Virus record (IMG/VR): IMGVR_UViG_3300045988_149625
DNA: 64,000 nt
Source of the DNA: a virus
Reading direction: 5' to 3' (one strand)
In this document: one piece after another, positions 29,209 through 37,906 of the stretch
Layout: every line of letters begins with the position of its first letter
Position numbering within the stretch: position 1 is the stretch's first letter
Made by a program: the position numbers and the translations under genes
Notes under the pieces: model-generated
Seen by the model: only the letters and a program-made list of their open reading frames with translations
What the model was told of the DNA's origin: nothing
Databases searched by the model: none

Positions 29209-29514
29209 ATGAGAGTAAACGGTGAAATATTTGCAAGGCATATCGCAAGGGTTAATAATGTTTCTATCAAAGAAGGTTGGCGTATCTATAAAGCTTTTAT
29301 GACAGCTTTTTCAGAAACAGTGTCTGAGGGCTGCGACACTTTTGACTTTATAAACTATTTTAGAATCGAGTTTAAAGCTTATAAGGCTAAGGGAATGGAT
29401 TTAGTTCGCCAAGAAACTGTTGAAAGGCAGATTGTGCGTGGAAAGGTAAAGCCATATTCTAAATTACGTAAGCGCATTTTGGAGGCACAAAATGTATCAC
29501 CAAAAGTATTTTAA
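29209..29514 (+). CDS. HU/IHF-like (DNABII family) DNA-binding protein
   Basis: FRIEFKAYKAKGMDLVRQETVERQIVRGKVKPYSKLRKRI matches the HU arm pattern (GFGxFxV..R..RNPxTGE..I..KxPxFKxGK). Confidence 0.4.
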   Translation: MRVNGEIFARHIARVNNVSIKEGWRIYKAFMTAFSETVSEGCDTFDFINYFRIEFKAYKAKGMDLVRQETVERQIVRGKVKPYSKLRKRILEAQNVSPKVF

Positions 29515-31252
29515 ATTACATATTGTTCAAGAAGATACCTTAAATGACTTTTTAAATCTTTTTAAAAAAGCAAAGCAAGTCTTTTGGGACACTGAAACAT
29601 CTGGGTTAAATGTACGTGCTGTAGGTAAAGATTATACAGTAGGCTTTACGTATGCTTTTGATGATACTACATCTAAAGACGTTTTTTACGTTCCTGTAAG
29701 ACATGTGTTCGAGGGAAAATATGAGGATAATGGCAGATTCTCTTTCTTGAAGAAATCACAGCTTGAAAAGTTTCCAGATTTTTGCCCAGAAAAATTTGAA
29801 GGAACTTATTATAATGTAGATTCTTTTAAGTTTGCAGCAGAGCTTAAAACTATTATGGAGCGTGGCGGTAAAGAGTATATCGCACATAATCAAGATTATG
29901 ATTTACATTTACTAGCTAATGAAGGAATTGATATTTATAAAGTCTTTGACGTAAACACTTTTCAAGATACACAAATAATGGTGCATACACTAGATGAGAA
30001 TGTAGAAAAGAATCTTGAAAGTGTTACTAAGATGATTTTTAAAGTTGAAAAGTCGCATTATAGTGATACCATTAAAACTGTTACTAAAGAAGAAAAGCTT
30101 TCACAGGGTTTAAAGGCTACTAATAATGCAAGCTTTCAGCATGTTCAAATTCCAATAGGTGCACAGTATTCAGCAGAGGACGTTTGGTTTATGAAGCAAA
30201 TGTATCCAATGCTTGAAAAAGGTTTAAAAGAAGATGATTCTTATGACATATATCTTAAATGCCGTATGCCTTTTATGAAAGCCCTTTGGAAAATGGAAAG
30301 AAAAGGTGTAAGTGTAGATATTGCTGCCCTGGATAAGATGCAGGAACTTGCGGAGAAAGAATTAGAAAACTCTAAATATAAAATGTTTTCTTTGGCAGGA
30401 GTGGAGTTCAATCCCGATAGTGGACAACATCTTTATGAAATCCTTTTTGGCTTTAAAAAGAAAGTTATGAGGCTTACTCCAAGCGCACAAAATGCTTTTG
30501 AAATGGAAAGTGCTGGATACACTACGACTGAAAAAACTAAGCTTAAAAACTTGTATATGAATGAGCCGTCACATGTAATGTTCGTAGAATCTTGCAATAA
30601 TAATTTAGTAGATGTAAACTTTGGCTTTAAACCAATAGAGTTTACAACAGGCGGTAAGTATGGCTATGAAGAGTTACAAACGCCGAAAACAGGTGGAGAT
30701 ATTTTAAAAGCATTGTTAAAGCAGAAAAATGTTGATGCAAAAGCGCATGATTTTATTACAGAGCTTGTAACTTATAAAAAACTCTCTAAACTTATTAGTG
30801 CATTTATGATAGGGTTAAGAGAGAATATTTATAGTGATGGCAAAGTGCATTGTAGCTTGAATTTAACAGGAACAGATTCGTGGCGAATTAGTAGTCAGAT
30901 GCCGAATCTCCAGCAGCTACCGCACCCACTAGAAGAGCCGAAAGCGGGGGAAGATAGAACCTACTTTGATTTTTGGGAACGGTTTGAAATAAGAAAACTG
31001 TTTATAGCCGATGAAGGTTATAGTGTAATAGCTTGCGACTATCATGCTTTGGAGAAATACTTAACGGCGCATTTGTCACAAGATAAGATGCTTTTAAAGA
31101 TGTTGAGGGAGAATTTAGACCCGCACGGTACAGTTGCAACTATCGTTTTTCCAGAACTTGCAAACATGAATCCAAATGACGTAAAGAAGCGTGAGCCTGC
31201 TAAAAGGCAAATTGCAAAAAAAATAGGCTTCGCTAAAGGTATGGTGAAGTAA
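29492..31252 (+). CDS. polA: DNA polymerase I (family A), exon 1 (3'-5' exonuclease plus polymerase motifs A and B)
   Basis: Exo I motif FWDTETSGL. Motif A CDYHALEKYLTAHLSQD. Motif B RQIAKKIGFA is truncated by an in-frame stop at 31250. Exon sequence probably ends near 31234. Confidence 0.8.
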   Translation: MYHQKYFKLHIVQEDTLNDFLNLFKKAKQVFWDTETSGLNVRAVGKDYTVGFTYAFDDTTSKDVFYVPVRHVFEGKYEDNGRFSFLKKSQLEKFPDFCPEKFEGTYYNVDSFKFAAELKTIMERGGKEYIAHNQDYDLHLLANEGIDIYKVFDVNTFQDTQIMVHTLDENVEKNLESVTKMIFKVEKSHYSDTIKTVTKEEKLSQGLKATNNASFQHVQIPIGAQYSAEDVWFMKQMYPMLEKGLKEDDSYDIYLKCRMPFMKALWKMERKGVSVDIAALDKMQELAEKELENSKYKMFSLAGVEFNPDSGQHLYEILFGFKKKVMRLTPSAQNAFEMESAGYTTTEKTKLKNLYMNEPSHVMFVESCNNNLVDVNFGFKPIEFTTGGKYGYEELQTPKTGGDILKALLKQKNVDAKAHDFITELVTYKKLSKLISAFMIGLRENIYSDGKVHCSLNLTGTDSWRISSQMPNLQQLPHPLEEPKAGEDRTYFDFWERFEIRKLFIADEGYSVIACDYHALEKYLTAHLSQDKMLLKMLRENLDPHGTVATIVFPELANMNPNDVKKREPAKRQIAKKIGFAKGMVK

Positions 31253-31648
31253 AATTCCTCTCATAACGGTGAAAGCCATTAAGATTGCCATAACTTAATG
31301 GTCAACGCCGTGCCGAACTTCTTTGTAAAAAGACGGTGTAACGACTTATAATGTATCGCTATACTTTAAGTATAAATCTTACGAATACATTTAATGGGGA
31401 ACATGAACTATGTAAGAAGTGCCATCAAAAAGAGCATCATGCAGTTACCTATTTACTTTGTGATTGCGATGGCAATGTATTACATACGTTGATTAGTAAA
31501 AAGAGTGTGTTAAAGTTTTTAAATAGCCTTGGTTACTTTCCTAAAGATACAAGTGGTATTAGAGGGGTTATTAGAAATAAAACTAAAATATATGGTTTTT
31601 ACTGGCAGCGAGTTCTAAAGGCATAGTCTGACACCAGTAGTAATACTG
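31235..31648 (+). mobile_element. Intervening sequence in polA (group-I-intron-like) carrying an HNH homing endonuclease
   Basis: Motif B and the following QKYIDRYF helix are separated by ~415 bp containing stop codons and a free-standing ORF. P7-like R/S elements (gtaacgact ... atagtct) are present. Boundaries are approximate. Confidence 0.6.
31351..31626 (+). CDS. HNH homing endonuclease with AP2-like DNA-binding domain (intron-encoded)
   Basis: CKKCHQKEHH is an HNH-type Cys/His motif. GIRGVIRNKTKIYGFYWQ is AP2-like. Confidence 0.55.
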   Translation: MYRYTLSINLTNTFNGEHELCKKCHQKEHHAVTYLLCDCDGNVLHTLISKKSVLKFLNSLGYFPKDTSGIRGVIRNKTKIYGFYWQRVLKA

Positions 31649-32173
31649 GACAACGGACTGGTAGATTATGGCGGCACTTCTGTTGCGGTAAGTAAGAATT
31701 TGGATGTAGACCAAAAGACAGCACAGAAATACATTGACCGTTATTTTGAAGGTTTCTATGGTTTGCATACTTATGATAAAGCTGTAATACGTTTTGCACA
31801 GTCAAATGGGTTTGTAAAGACGCTTGGTGGACATAAAAGGCATTTATGGGATATTAACAGCAGTGATAAGAAAGTATCTTCTTACTTAGAGCGTGTTGCA
31901 GTAAATGTAATGAGCCAGGGTGCAGGTGGGGACGTAGCAATGTTTGCTACATTAGATGTTGACCGCGACCCAGTGCTTAAAGCAATAGGTGCATACTTAT
32001 TTTTAAATGTACACGATGAGTTAGGCTTAATGTGTCCAACTAAATACGTGGAGCTTGGAATGGAGCGTTTACAATATCATATGGAACATTGTTTACAGAA
32101 CCGTGGAATTAATCTGACAATTCCTTTGGAGGCAGTCCCAGATTATGGGCATAGCTATTATGATGCAAAATAA
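31649..32173 (+). CDS. polA: DNA polymerase I (family A), exon 2 (motif C)
   Basis: The frame is open from 31619. LVDYGGTSVAVSKNLDVDQKTAQKYIDRYF aligns to the post-motif-B segment of Pol I, and VHDELGL is motif C. The ORF track begins at a TTG at 31700, but the true exon start is upstream and approximate. Confidence 0.7.
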   Translation, partial: DNGLVDYGGTSVAVSKNLDVDQKTAQKYIDRYFEGFYGLHTYDKAVIRFAQSNGFVKTLGGHKRHLWDINSSDKKVSSYLERVAVNVMSQGAGGDVAMFATLDVDRDPVLKAIGAYLFLNVHDELGLMCPTKYVELGMERLQYHMEHCLQNRGINLTIPLEAVPDYGHSYYDAK

Positions 32174-32176
32174 GAG

Positions 32177-33247
32177 GTGAAAATAGTGGTAGAAATTGAT
32201 AAATTAGTTAAAGATATTAATAAGAAGTTTGGTACAAATGCAATAAGATTGGGACGAAATATTAGAGAGGATATGAATTTTAAAATCCCCTTAGGCAGTG
32301 TTGGTTTAAATGACGCATTGGGCGGTGGACTTCCGAGTGGGCGTTATATCACACTTGCAGGGCAGGAAAGCAGCGGTAAAAGCTTACTTGCTTATAAAGC
32401 TATTGCTGCTGTGCAGAATCTGCGCAAAAAATTGGTTGGGGAAGGTGCAGATGCCTATGAGGTTGTTGCAGATGATGGTGACACTCCTTTAACCGCAGCA
32501 CTTATTCAGCTTGAATGTGGTAGTTATTCCCCAGATTGGGGCGAAGTCCACGGTATTGACAATGATAGATTAATATTTGTACAGCCAGAGGGTATGGAAC
32601 AGGCTTTAGACCTTGCCTGTGCTCTCCAACGTGCTGGGGTTGAATTTATTGTCATTGATAGTATTGCAGCAATGCTGCCTACTAAAGAGATTGAAACAGA
32701 CCAAGAGGACACTGTACAAATGGGACTTAGGGCAAAGGCTTTAAATGTTTTTCATGGCAAGTTTCAAAGTATTAACAACTCCTTAGAAAGAAATGGTAAA
32801 TTGCCTACTACTTTATTGGCAATTAATCAGTTACGTGAAAAGATTGGTGCTTATGGTAATCCATTGTACGCACCTGGGGGTAGTAGCCAAAAATTCACCA
32901 ATGCTATTGAAATTCGTACACGTGTAGGTGATATTATTCGTGAGGGTACTGGCGTAAACGCTAGAACCGTGGGAAGGATTATTAAGTGGAAGATTGAGAA
33001 AAATAAAACAGGTAAGGCTTTTAGTGACGGAGAATATGACCTTTATGTAGATGATGCACTACTTCCAAGAGGAAGCATTGATACAGGCAAAGAGTTGGTT
33101 ATTCTTGCAATGTCTAAAGGCTTGATTGAGCGCCGTGGTGGTTGGTTCTATTATAATGGTGAGCAGCTGGGGCAAGGACAGGACAATGTAGTTGCTAAAT
33201 TAAGAGAGAACCAAGAACTGTTCATGGAGATTGTTGAGAAGTTATAG
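32177..33247 (+). CDS. recA: RecA-family recombinase
   Basis: GGGLPSGRYITLAGQESSGKS (Walker A in RecA context) and VIDSIAAMLP (Walker B region). Confidence 0.75.
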   Translation: MKIVVEIDKLVKDINKKFGTNAIRLGRNIREDMNFKIPLGSVGLNDALGGGLPSGRYITLAGQESSGKSLLAYKAIAAVQNLRKKLVGEGADAYEVVADDGDTPLTAALIQLECGSYSPDWGEVHGIDNDRLIFVQPEGMEQALDLACALQRAGVEFIVIDSIAAMLPTKEIETDQEDTVQMGLRAKALNVFHGKFQSINNSLERNGKLPTTLLAINQLREKIGAYGNPLYAPGGSSQKFTNAIEIRTRVGDIIREGTGVNARTVGRIIKWKIEKNKTGKAFSDGEYDLYVDDALLPRGSIDTGKELVILAMSKGLIERRGGWFYYNGEQLGQGQDNVVAKLRENQELFMEIVEKL

Positions 33248-33250
33248 GAG

Positions 33251-33457
33251 TTGATTAATATTTTTAAGAGGGGATATACTAAAGAATTGGCACAAAGAAT
33301 AAAAAAGGGTGCTAAATTTATCGCAAGGTGTGAAAGTTGTAAATATTATGATGAGTTTAAGAGCTGTACAAATTGTAATGTTACAGAGTTTGACCTTGTT
33401 ACTGAGGGTGACAGACATTTCTGTCTTTTATGGAGTCCCGAAGATGGTACAAACTGA
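33251..33457 (+). CDS. Small zinc-ribbon protein
   Basis: 68 aa with CESC...CTNC. Confidence 0.3.
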   Translation: MINIFKRGYTKELAQRIKKGAKFIARCESCKYYDEFKSCTNCNVTEFDLVTEGDRHFCLLWSPEDGTN

Positions 33458-33929
33458 AAATAAGAAGATGAGTGAAGCCCATGAGAGATTCATTGCAGAA
33501 TCTCTCAACGGCAAAACCACGATTGCTAGTGGAGCACTTTGGATGGCAAAATCAGATGTAGTTACTTCCCTTTATCAGATAGAGTGCAAAGCTACTCGGA
33601 AAAATTACTATATCTTAAAATCAAAAATTGTAGAGAAGATTAGAGGGGAGGCATTGAAAAGTGGTAGGATTCCTTTACTCGCTATTCGGTGTTCTCTTGG
33701 TGACTTTATACTTTTTAGGGTTTATGATTTCTTTACAGAAATTACGGAAACATCTTTAAAGTGTAGTAGCTCTTTAAAGATTACACAGGATATTTTTGAA
33801 GGTTTGTTTGAAGGTTTTAGAGAGATTGATGTAAATGGCAATGTTTGGGGTTTAATAAGATTAACGGATTTTCAATTTTATATAGACGGAGGTACGGATG
33901 AAGATAAAAGGAAGCTTAAAAAATATTAA
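33444..33929 (+). CDS. PD-(D/E)XK nuclease, Hjc-like Holliday junction resolvase
   Basis: AHERFIAESLNG...SGALW...DVV...IECKAT fits the archaeal Hjc pattern (ER..L..G...SG..DV...IExK). The start was set to the internal ATG at 33444, in frame with ORF 33309. Confidence 0.45.
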   Translation: MVQTENKKMSEAHERFIAESLNGKTTIASGALWMAKSDVVTSLYQIECKATRKNYYILKSKIVEKIRGEALKSGRIPLLAIRCSLGDFILFRVYDFFTEITETSLKCSSSLKITQDIFEGLFEGFREIDVNGNVWGLIRLTDFQFYIDGGTDEDKRKLKKY

Positions 33930-34779
33930 TAAAATTTCCAATGATACAGCGGATAAGTTACTTATTCCTGCTATTGAAGAAACTTTGCGTAATTTAAAAG
34001 CAGGTGTTGATAGAGGACATGGTTGGAACAGTCCTAGTAGCGTTGGTTATTGTAGTAGAAGTGTTTACTTTGGACGTATAGGTTTACCGCCAGACTTTCC
34101 TAGTAACGAACCACGTTTACAGCGAATCTTTGACAATGGTACTTATACACATATTCGCTTACAGAATTATCTTCTGCAAAGTGGTGTTCTTTTAGCAGAT
34201 GAAGCCCCTTTATATGATAAAGCTTATCAAATTATGGGAACAACAGATGGTTTGCTTTTAGATAAAGATAGGTCTATTGCAGTGCTTGAAATTAAAAGCA
34301 TTAATTCTATGGGATTTGCGGGGCTTAAAGATGCAAAACCAGAACATAAGATGCAGGCAAGTATCTACATGTATTGTTTAAATACTATGCGTAATTTAAT
34401 CTTATTAGGAAAGCGCAAAGAGTTAGAACAAGAGTATCTATATAAACTAGATTCTTTTTTGGAAGATACTACCTCTTTAGACGGAAAAGTGCATTTCAAA
34501 AAGGATAAGGTAAACAGCAGGTTTAAAGATTTTAAGAACACCCTTGACTTTTTAGAACAATACCCAAAACCTATAAAAAAAGTTATATTTCTTTATGAGA
34601 ATAAGGATACACAAGAGTTGAAAGAGTTTGCTTATACAGATAAGGCAGCCACTACTAAAGCTCTTAAAAAGTTCTCGGCTATAAACGACGCTGTTAGGGG
34701 GCGAAAAGTTCCAGCAGCAGAAAAGACATTTATGTGTAATGGCTGCCATTATAGAAAGGTGTGTGCTAATTATGATTGA
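33898..34779 (+). CDS. Cas4/RecB-like PD-(D/E)XK exonuclease with Fe-S cysteines
   Basis: DGLLLD...LEIKS core. N-terminal Cys (GYCSRS) plus C-terminal CNGCHYRKVC is the DUF83/Cas4 four-Cys pattern. Confidence 0.5.
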   Translation: MKIKGSLKNINKISNDTADKLLIPAIEETLRNLKAGVDRGHGWNSPSSVGYCSRSVYFGRIGLPPDFPSNEPRLQRIFDNGTYTHIRLQNYLLQSGVLLADEAPLYDKAYQIMGTTDGLLLDKDRSIAVLEIKSINSMGFAGLKDAKPEHKMQASIYMYCLNTMRNLILLGKRKELEQEYLYKLDSFLEDTTSLDGKVHFKKDKVNSRFKDFKNTLDFLEQYPKPIKKVIFLYENKDTQELKEFAYTDKAATTKALKKFSAINDAVRGRKVPAAEKTFMCNGCHYRKVCANYD

Positions 34780-34993
34780 AAAGTTACTAGATGTTTTTGC
34801 AGTTCTTATTATTTTTCTGACCTTGGTATTAGGTGCATTAGTCTTTATTTTAAGTTTGATGTATATTGGGGCTTGGGGAGCTTCTTTCTTCACAGGAGTA
34901 GCTAATATTGTTTTTTGGGTATTATGGACATTTGTTACAGTAGGTGCTTTAAATGGTATTTCCACAGTTATCAGTAAAAGAGTTTCTAATTAG
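34739..34993 (+). CDS. Small membrane protein
   Basis: 84 aa with two TM helices. Confidence 0.3.
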   Translation: MAAIIERCVLIMIEKLLDVFAVLIIFLTLVLGALVFILSLMYIGAWGASFFTGVANIVFWVLWTFVTVGALNGISTVISKRVSN

Positions 34994-35471
34994 TCTGTTG
35001 GTTTTAGCCCTATTTGGGGGATGTGTATATTTCTACACACACCCCAAAATAAAAGAGGTTGAAAAGGTTAGAGAGAAGCCAGTAATACATGAGGTTGTAC
35101 AAAAAGAAACGATTAATACAATCACTGCAAAAGAGAAAGTCAGCCCTAAAGACGCAGACTTGGTTGTAAATACTAAAGATACAGTAAAGGTCAGTATTAA
35201 TGGTAAAGAGGCAGAAATTAAGCCAAAAACAAGTTCTAAATATGAGTATGGTAAAGATTATTTAGAATTTAATCAGAAGAGTATTTATACTTTAGATGTA
35301 AAGACTAAAGCTCTTGAACCTGCGTGGGGGGTAGGTATGGGATACACAAGTAATAACAAACCTGCGGGATTTTTTCAAGTACGTGTAAAGAAAACACCTG
35401 CTCATGTATGGGTAATGTCAGACGGAAAGACACATGCCGCAGGTGTAATGTTCAGCACGAATTATCATTAA
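34953..35471 (+). CDS. Membrane-anchored hypothetical protein
   Basis: 172 aa with an N-terminal TM segment and a Lys-rich ectodomain. Confidence 0.3.
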   Translation: MVFPQLSVKEFLISLLVLALFGGCVYFYTHPKIKEVEKVREKPVIHEVVQKETINTITAKEKVSPKDADLVVNTKDTVKVSINGKEAEIKPKTSSKYEYGKDYLEFNQKSIYTLDVKTKALEPAWGVGMGYTSNNKPAGFFQVRVKKTPAHVWVMSDGKTHAAGVMFSTNYH

Positions 35472-35486
35472 GGAGGATACTCAAAT

Positions 35487-35966
35487 ATGGAAACAAATTT
35501 AGATAGAATTAAAGAATTTTTAAAAGAAACAGGGGTAAACACTTTTGACAATCAGAATGTAGATGCAGAGTATTTAAAACTTCCTAAAGATTTAACAGAA
35601 TTGCCTACTAATGAGATTAGCAAATACTTAAATGCAATTACGCAGCAGAGAATGTATGTACGTACCTTAGCAAGTCAGGCTAGAGCAATTTATAGGGAAG
35701 CAAAGTCCGCATATGATAGAGAAAAATGTAGAGTTTTCTCGCTTGCTCCAGCAAAGATGAGTGTTACAGAAAAAGAACTGCGTGTTTATCAAGATGAGCA
35801 GGCAAGTGAGATTCGTGCAACTATGGAGTATTCCTTAGAACGCTTTGACTTTTTAAAAGACATTATGGATAGCTTGGACGATGGCACTTTCCTTGTAAGT
35901 AGGGAACTTACACGTCGTTTAAAAGATTTTGACGATAATAGTAGAAATGGGCGATTTAATGCGTAA
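35487..35966 (+). CDS. Hypothetical protein
   Basis: 159-aa ORF with a GGAGG RBS. Confidence 0.3.
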   Translation: METNLDRIKEFLKETGVNTFDNQNVDAEYLKLPKDLTELPTNEISKYLNAITQQRMYVRTLASQARAIYREAKSAYDREKCRVFSLAPAKMSVTEKELRVYQDEQASEIRATMEYSLERFDFLKDIMDSLDDGTFLVSRELTRRLKDFDDNSRNGRFNA

Positions 35967-36480
35967 CAGTGATTTATTAAGAGATAAAATTGCTTTCCTT
36001 GAAGAACACGCTCCGCAGAGTGAAGAAATTGCGCTTTTAAAAAAGAAATTAGGATATAGTAAGAGGGGAAGAAGTTCCAAAACAAAAGGTGCTACTTATG
36101 AACGTAAGATAGTAAAGTTTTTAAAGGAACAATTCCCTGCCCTAACTTTTGGGCGCACACCTTCAAGCGGCGGGTATAAAAAAGAATTAGAAAGCAATAC
36201 ATTGCGTGGTGACGTTGTGTGTTTAGATGATAATGTAGATTTTGCACTTCATTTAGAGCTTAAAAATAGGAAAGCGGGTTGGAAAGTAGTGCAAGATTGG
36301 TTTAAGCAGGCAGAGGATGATTGTATTAAAGGTAAATACCCTTGCTTAGTTATGCACCAATCACAAGAAAAGGGAAAATATAGGTCAGAGGACTTTATTA
36401 TGTTGAAACTGAAAGACTTTTTTAATCTTGTGGATAAAAAACTTTTAGTAAGGGGTATTGACAAAACAAGAATTTTGTGA
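35929..36480 (+). CDS. PD-(D/E)XK nuclease, Hjc/RecU-like (second copy)
   Basis: KGATYERKIVKFL...TPSSGG...GDVVC...LELKNRK. Confidence 0.4.
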   Translation: MTIIVEMGDLMRNSDLLRDKIAFLEEHAPQSEEIALLKKKLGYSKRGRSSKTKGATYERKIVKFLKEQFPALTFGRTPSSGGYKKELESNTLRGDVVCLDDNVDFALHLELKNRKAGWKVVQDWFKQAEDDCIKGKYPCLVMHQSQEKGKYRSEDFIMLKLKDFFNLVDKKLLVRGIDKTRIL

Positions 36481-36486
36481 TATAAT
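36458..36486 (+). promoter_or_regulatory. Consensus sigma-A promoter (TTGACA-17-TATAAT) for SpoVS
   Basis: ttgacaaaacaagaattttgtgatataat, overlapping the end of the upstream ORF. Confidence 0.6.
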
Positions 36487-36578
36487 AATAAAGTAGAACT
36501 ATAATTGAATAATTACGGCTATAATCTTAGAAAAATCATTGTATAAACGTGTAGAAATTATGGGAAGGAATTTTAGTT

Positions 36579-36860
36579 ATGAAGGAAGTAATTTTCAGAG
36601 TAAGCAGCATTAGCAATGTTAAAAAGCTTGCAGGAAGTATTGCACACACTGTAAAAGGTGACGGAGAAACCGTAGCAGCAAATGTTGTGCTGAATTGCTG
36701 TGGTGCATCAGCAGTGAGTCAAGCAGTTAAAGCAGTTGCAGTTGCTCGTGGATTTCTAGCCTCTAATGGTAGGGATTTGGTTGTAAGACCTGGGTTCGAT
36801 ACCGCTTTTATAGAGGGTGAAGAAAGAACAGTTATCAAACTTTTTATAAGTTTGAATTGA
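36579..36860 (+). CDS. spoVS: SpoVS (stage V sporulation protein S) homologue
   Basis: GSIAHT..NCCGASAVSQAVKAVAVARGFLASNGRDLVVRPGFDTAFIEGEERTVIKLFI is near-collinear with bacterial SpoVS (~86 aa). Confidence 0.75.
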   Translation: MKEVIFRVSSISNVKKLAGSIAHTVKGDGETVAANVVLNCCGASAVSQAVKAVAVARGFLASNGRDLVVRPGFDTAFIEGEERTVIKLFISLN

Positions 36861-36862
36861 TT

Positions 36863-36890
36863 ATAGCCCCTATATAGGGGCTATTTTTAT
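36863..36890 (+). terminator. Rho-independent terminator
   Basis: 22-nt palindrome tagcccctata/taggggcta followed by tttttatt. Confidence 0.65.
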
Positions 36891-36903
36891 TAGGAGGAGT
36901 CAG

Positions 36904-37302
36904 ATGTACAATAATTTTTTTACTACTGTACGTGGTGGTTCAAGGTATGTAATTTTAATAGGAAATCTTGCTATTAAATTCCCATACCTACGTTTTCCAT
37001 ATCACGGACGTAAGCAAAACTTGAAGGAGTGGGAATACAGGAATAAAAGCAAGTATTTAGCTAAATTATATATTTCATTCCCTTTTGGTTGGTGCAATGT
37101 AATGGAGAGGGTGCAGCCCTTAGCTAAGTCTTTAAGCAGTGTGGATTGCACCAATTTGATAAGAGCTTATTTTAAGAATAAAGTTACAGGTGATGAGCTT
37201 GCTTTTTTATTGGAGGATAGCACCTTGGAAAACTTTGGTACTAAAAACGGTAGGATAGTTAAGCTTGACTGGGGAGGTTTTGGGCGAAGTGAAAGTATGT
37301 GA
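36904..37302 (+). CDS. Hypothetical protein
   Basis: 132-aa ORF. Confidence 0.3.
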   Translation: MYNNFFTTVRGGSRYVILIGNLAIKFPYLRFPYHGRKQNLKEWEYRNKSKYLAKLYISFPFGWCNVMERVQPLAKSLSSVDCTNLIRAYFKNKVTGDELAFLLEDSTLENFGTKNGRIVKLDWGGFGRSESM

Positions 37303-37849
37303 AATTTATTCGGCTTTACAGGGGGAGGGCAGGTATACAGGATATGCAACGACTTTTATACAAGAGCCTATTGATTTAGCCAAAGGCACAGATTGGTCAA
37401 TAGATAGGATTCTCTCAAAAGTAAATAAATTAGGGAACAGGCATGTTTGTATAAAAGGTGAAACGCTTTTGCAGGAAGATAGTTATACACTTGTATATGA
37501 GTTGTTAGCCTACTCATATATTGTAACTATGGAAACGTCTTGTAGAATCCCTTTAGAAGATTGTTTATATGACAGAACTTATGCTTACAATGTAATTATA
37601 AACTGTGCTAATGAAAATATCTTAAATAATTTAAGATTATTGCACAGTAATGATGAAGTTAAATTCGTAATAAAAGATGATTCTGATTTTGATTATGTAA
37701 AGAAAGCTTTAAAGAAATACCCAACGTCTGCTATGGTTACACTTTATCCTTTTAAAAATGATTTAAATATCTTTAAAAAAATAGAAGATTTCTTAATGAA
37801 AAACCGTTTAAATGCAAGAGCAGGTTTAAAGTTACATAAATTGATTTAG
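37265..37849 (+). CDS. QueE-like protein lacking the radical-SAM cysteine motif
   Basis: EIYSALQGEGRYTGYATTFIQ matches the QueE N-terminal signature (EIFxSxQGEGxxxGxPxxFxR), and VCIKGETLLQ matches the ITGGEPLL motif. The segment where Cx14CxxC should be has no Cys. Confidence 0.4.
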   Translation: MTGEVLGEVKVCEIYSALQGEGRYTGYATTFIQEPIDLAKGTDWSIDRILSKVNKLGNRHVCIKGETLLQEDSYTLVYELLAYSYIVTMETSCRIPLEDCLYDRTYAYNVIINCANENILNNLRLLHSNDEVKFVIKDDSDFDYVKKALKKYPTSAMVTLYPFKNDLNIFKKIEDFLMKNRLNARAGLKLHKLI

Positions 37850-37856
37850 AAAAGTG

Positions 37857-37885
37857 TTGACAATACCTTTAAGGTGTGCTATAAT
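37857..37885 (+). promoter_or_regulatory. Consensus sigma-A promoter (TTGACA-17-TATAAT)
   Basis: ttgacaatacctttaaggtgtgctataat. Confidence 0.6.
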
Positions 37886-37906
37886 ATACACATAAGGAGG
37901 TAGGTT

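Noticed and set aside
31235-31648. Intein rather than intron in polA
   Set aside because: The insert contains in-frame stop codons (31250, 31616) and an independently initiated HNH ORF in a different register. It therefore cannot be removed at the protein level and an intron is favoured. By contrast the ligase insert at 43751-44827 is an uninterrupted in-frame intein.
36904-37849. Possibility that ORFs 36904..37302 and 37265..37849 are one frameshifted QueE
   Set aside because: The upstream ORF also lacks any Cx3Cx2C or Cx14CxxC motif and shows no QueE similarity. The two are treated as separate genes.
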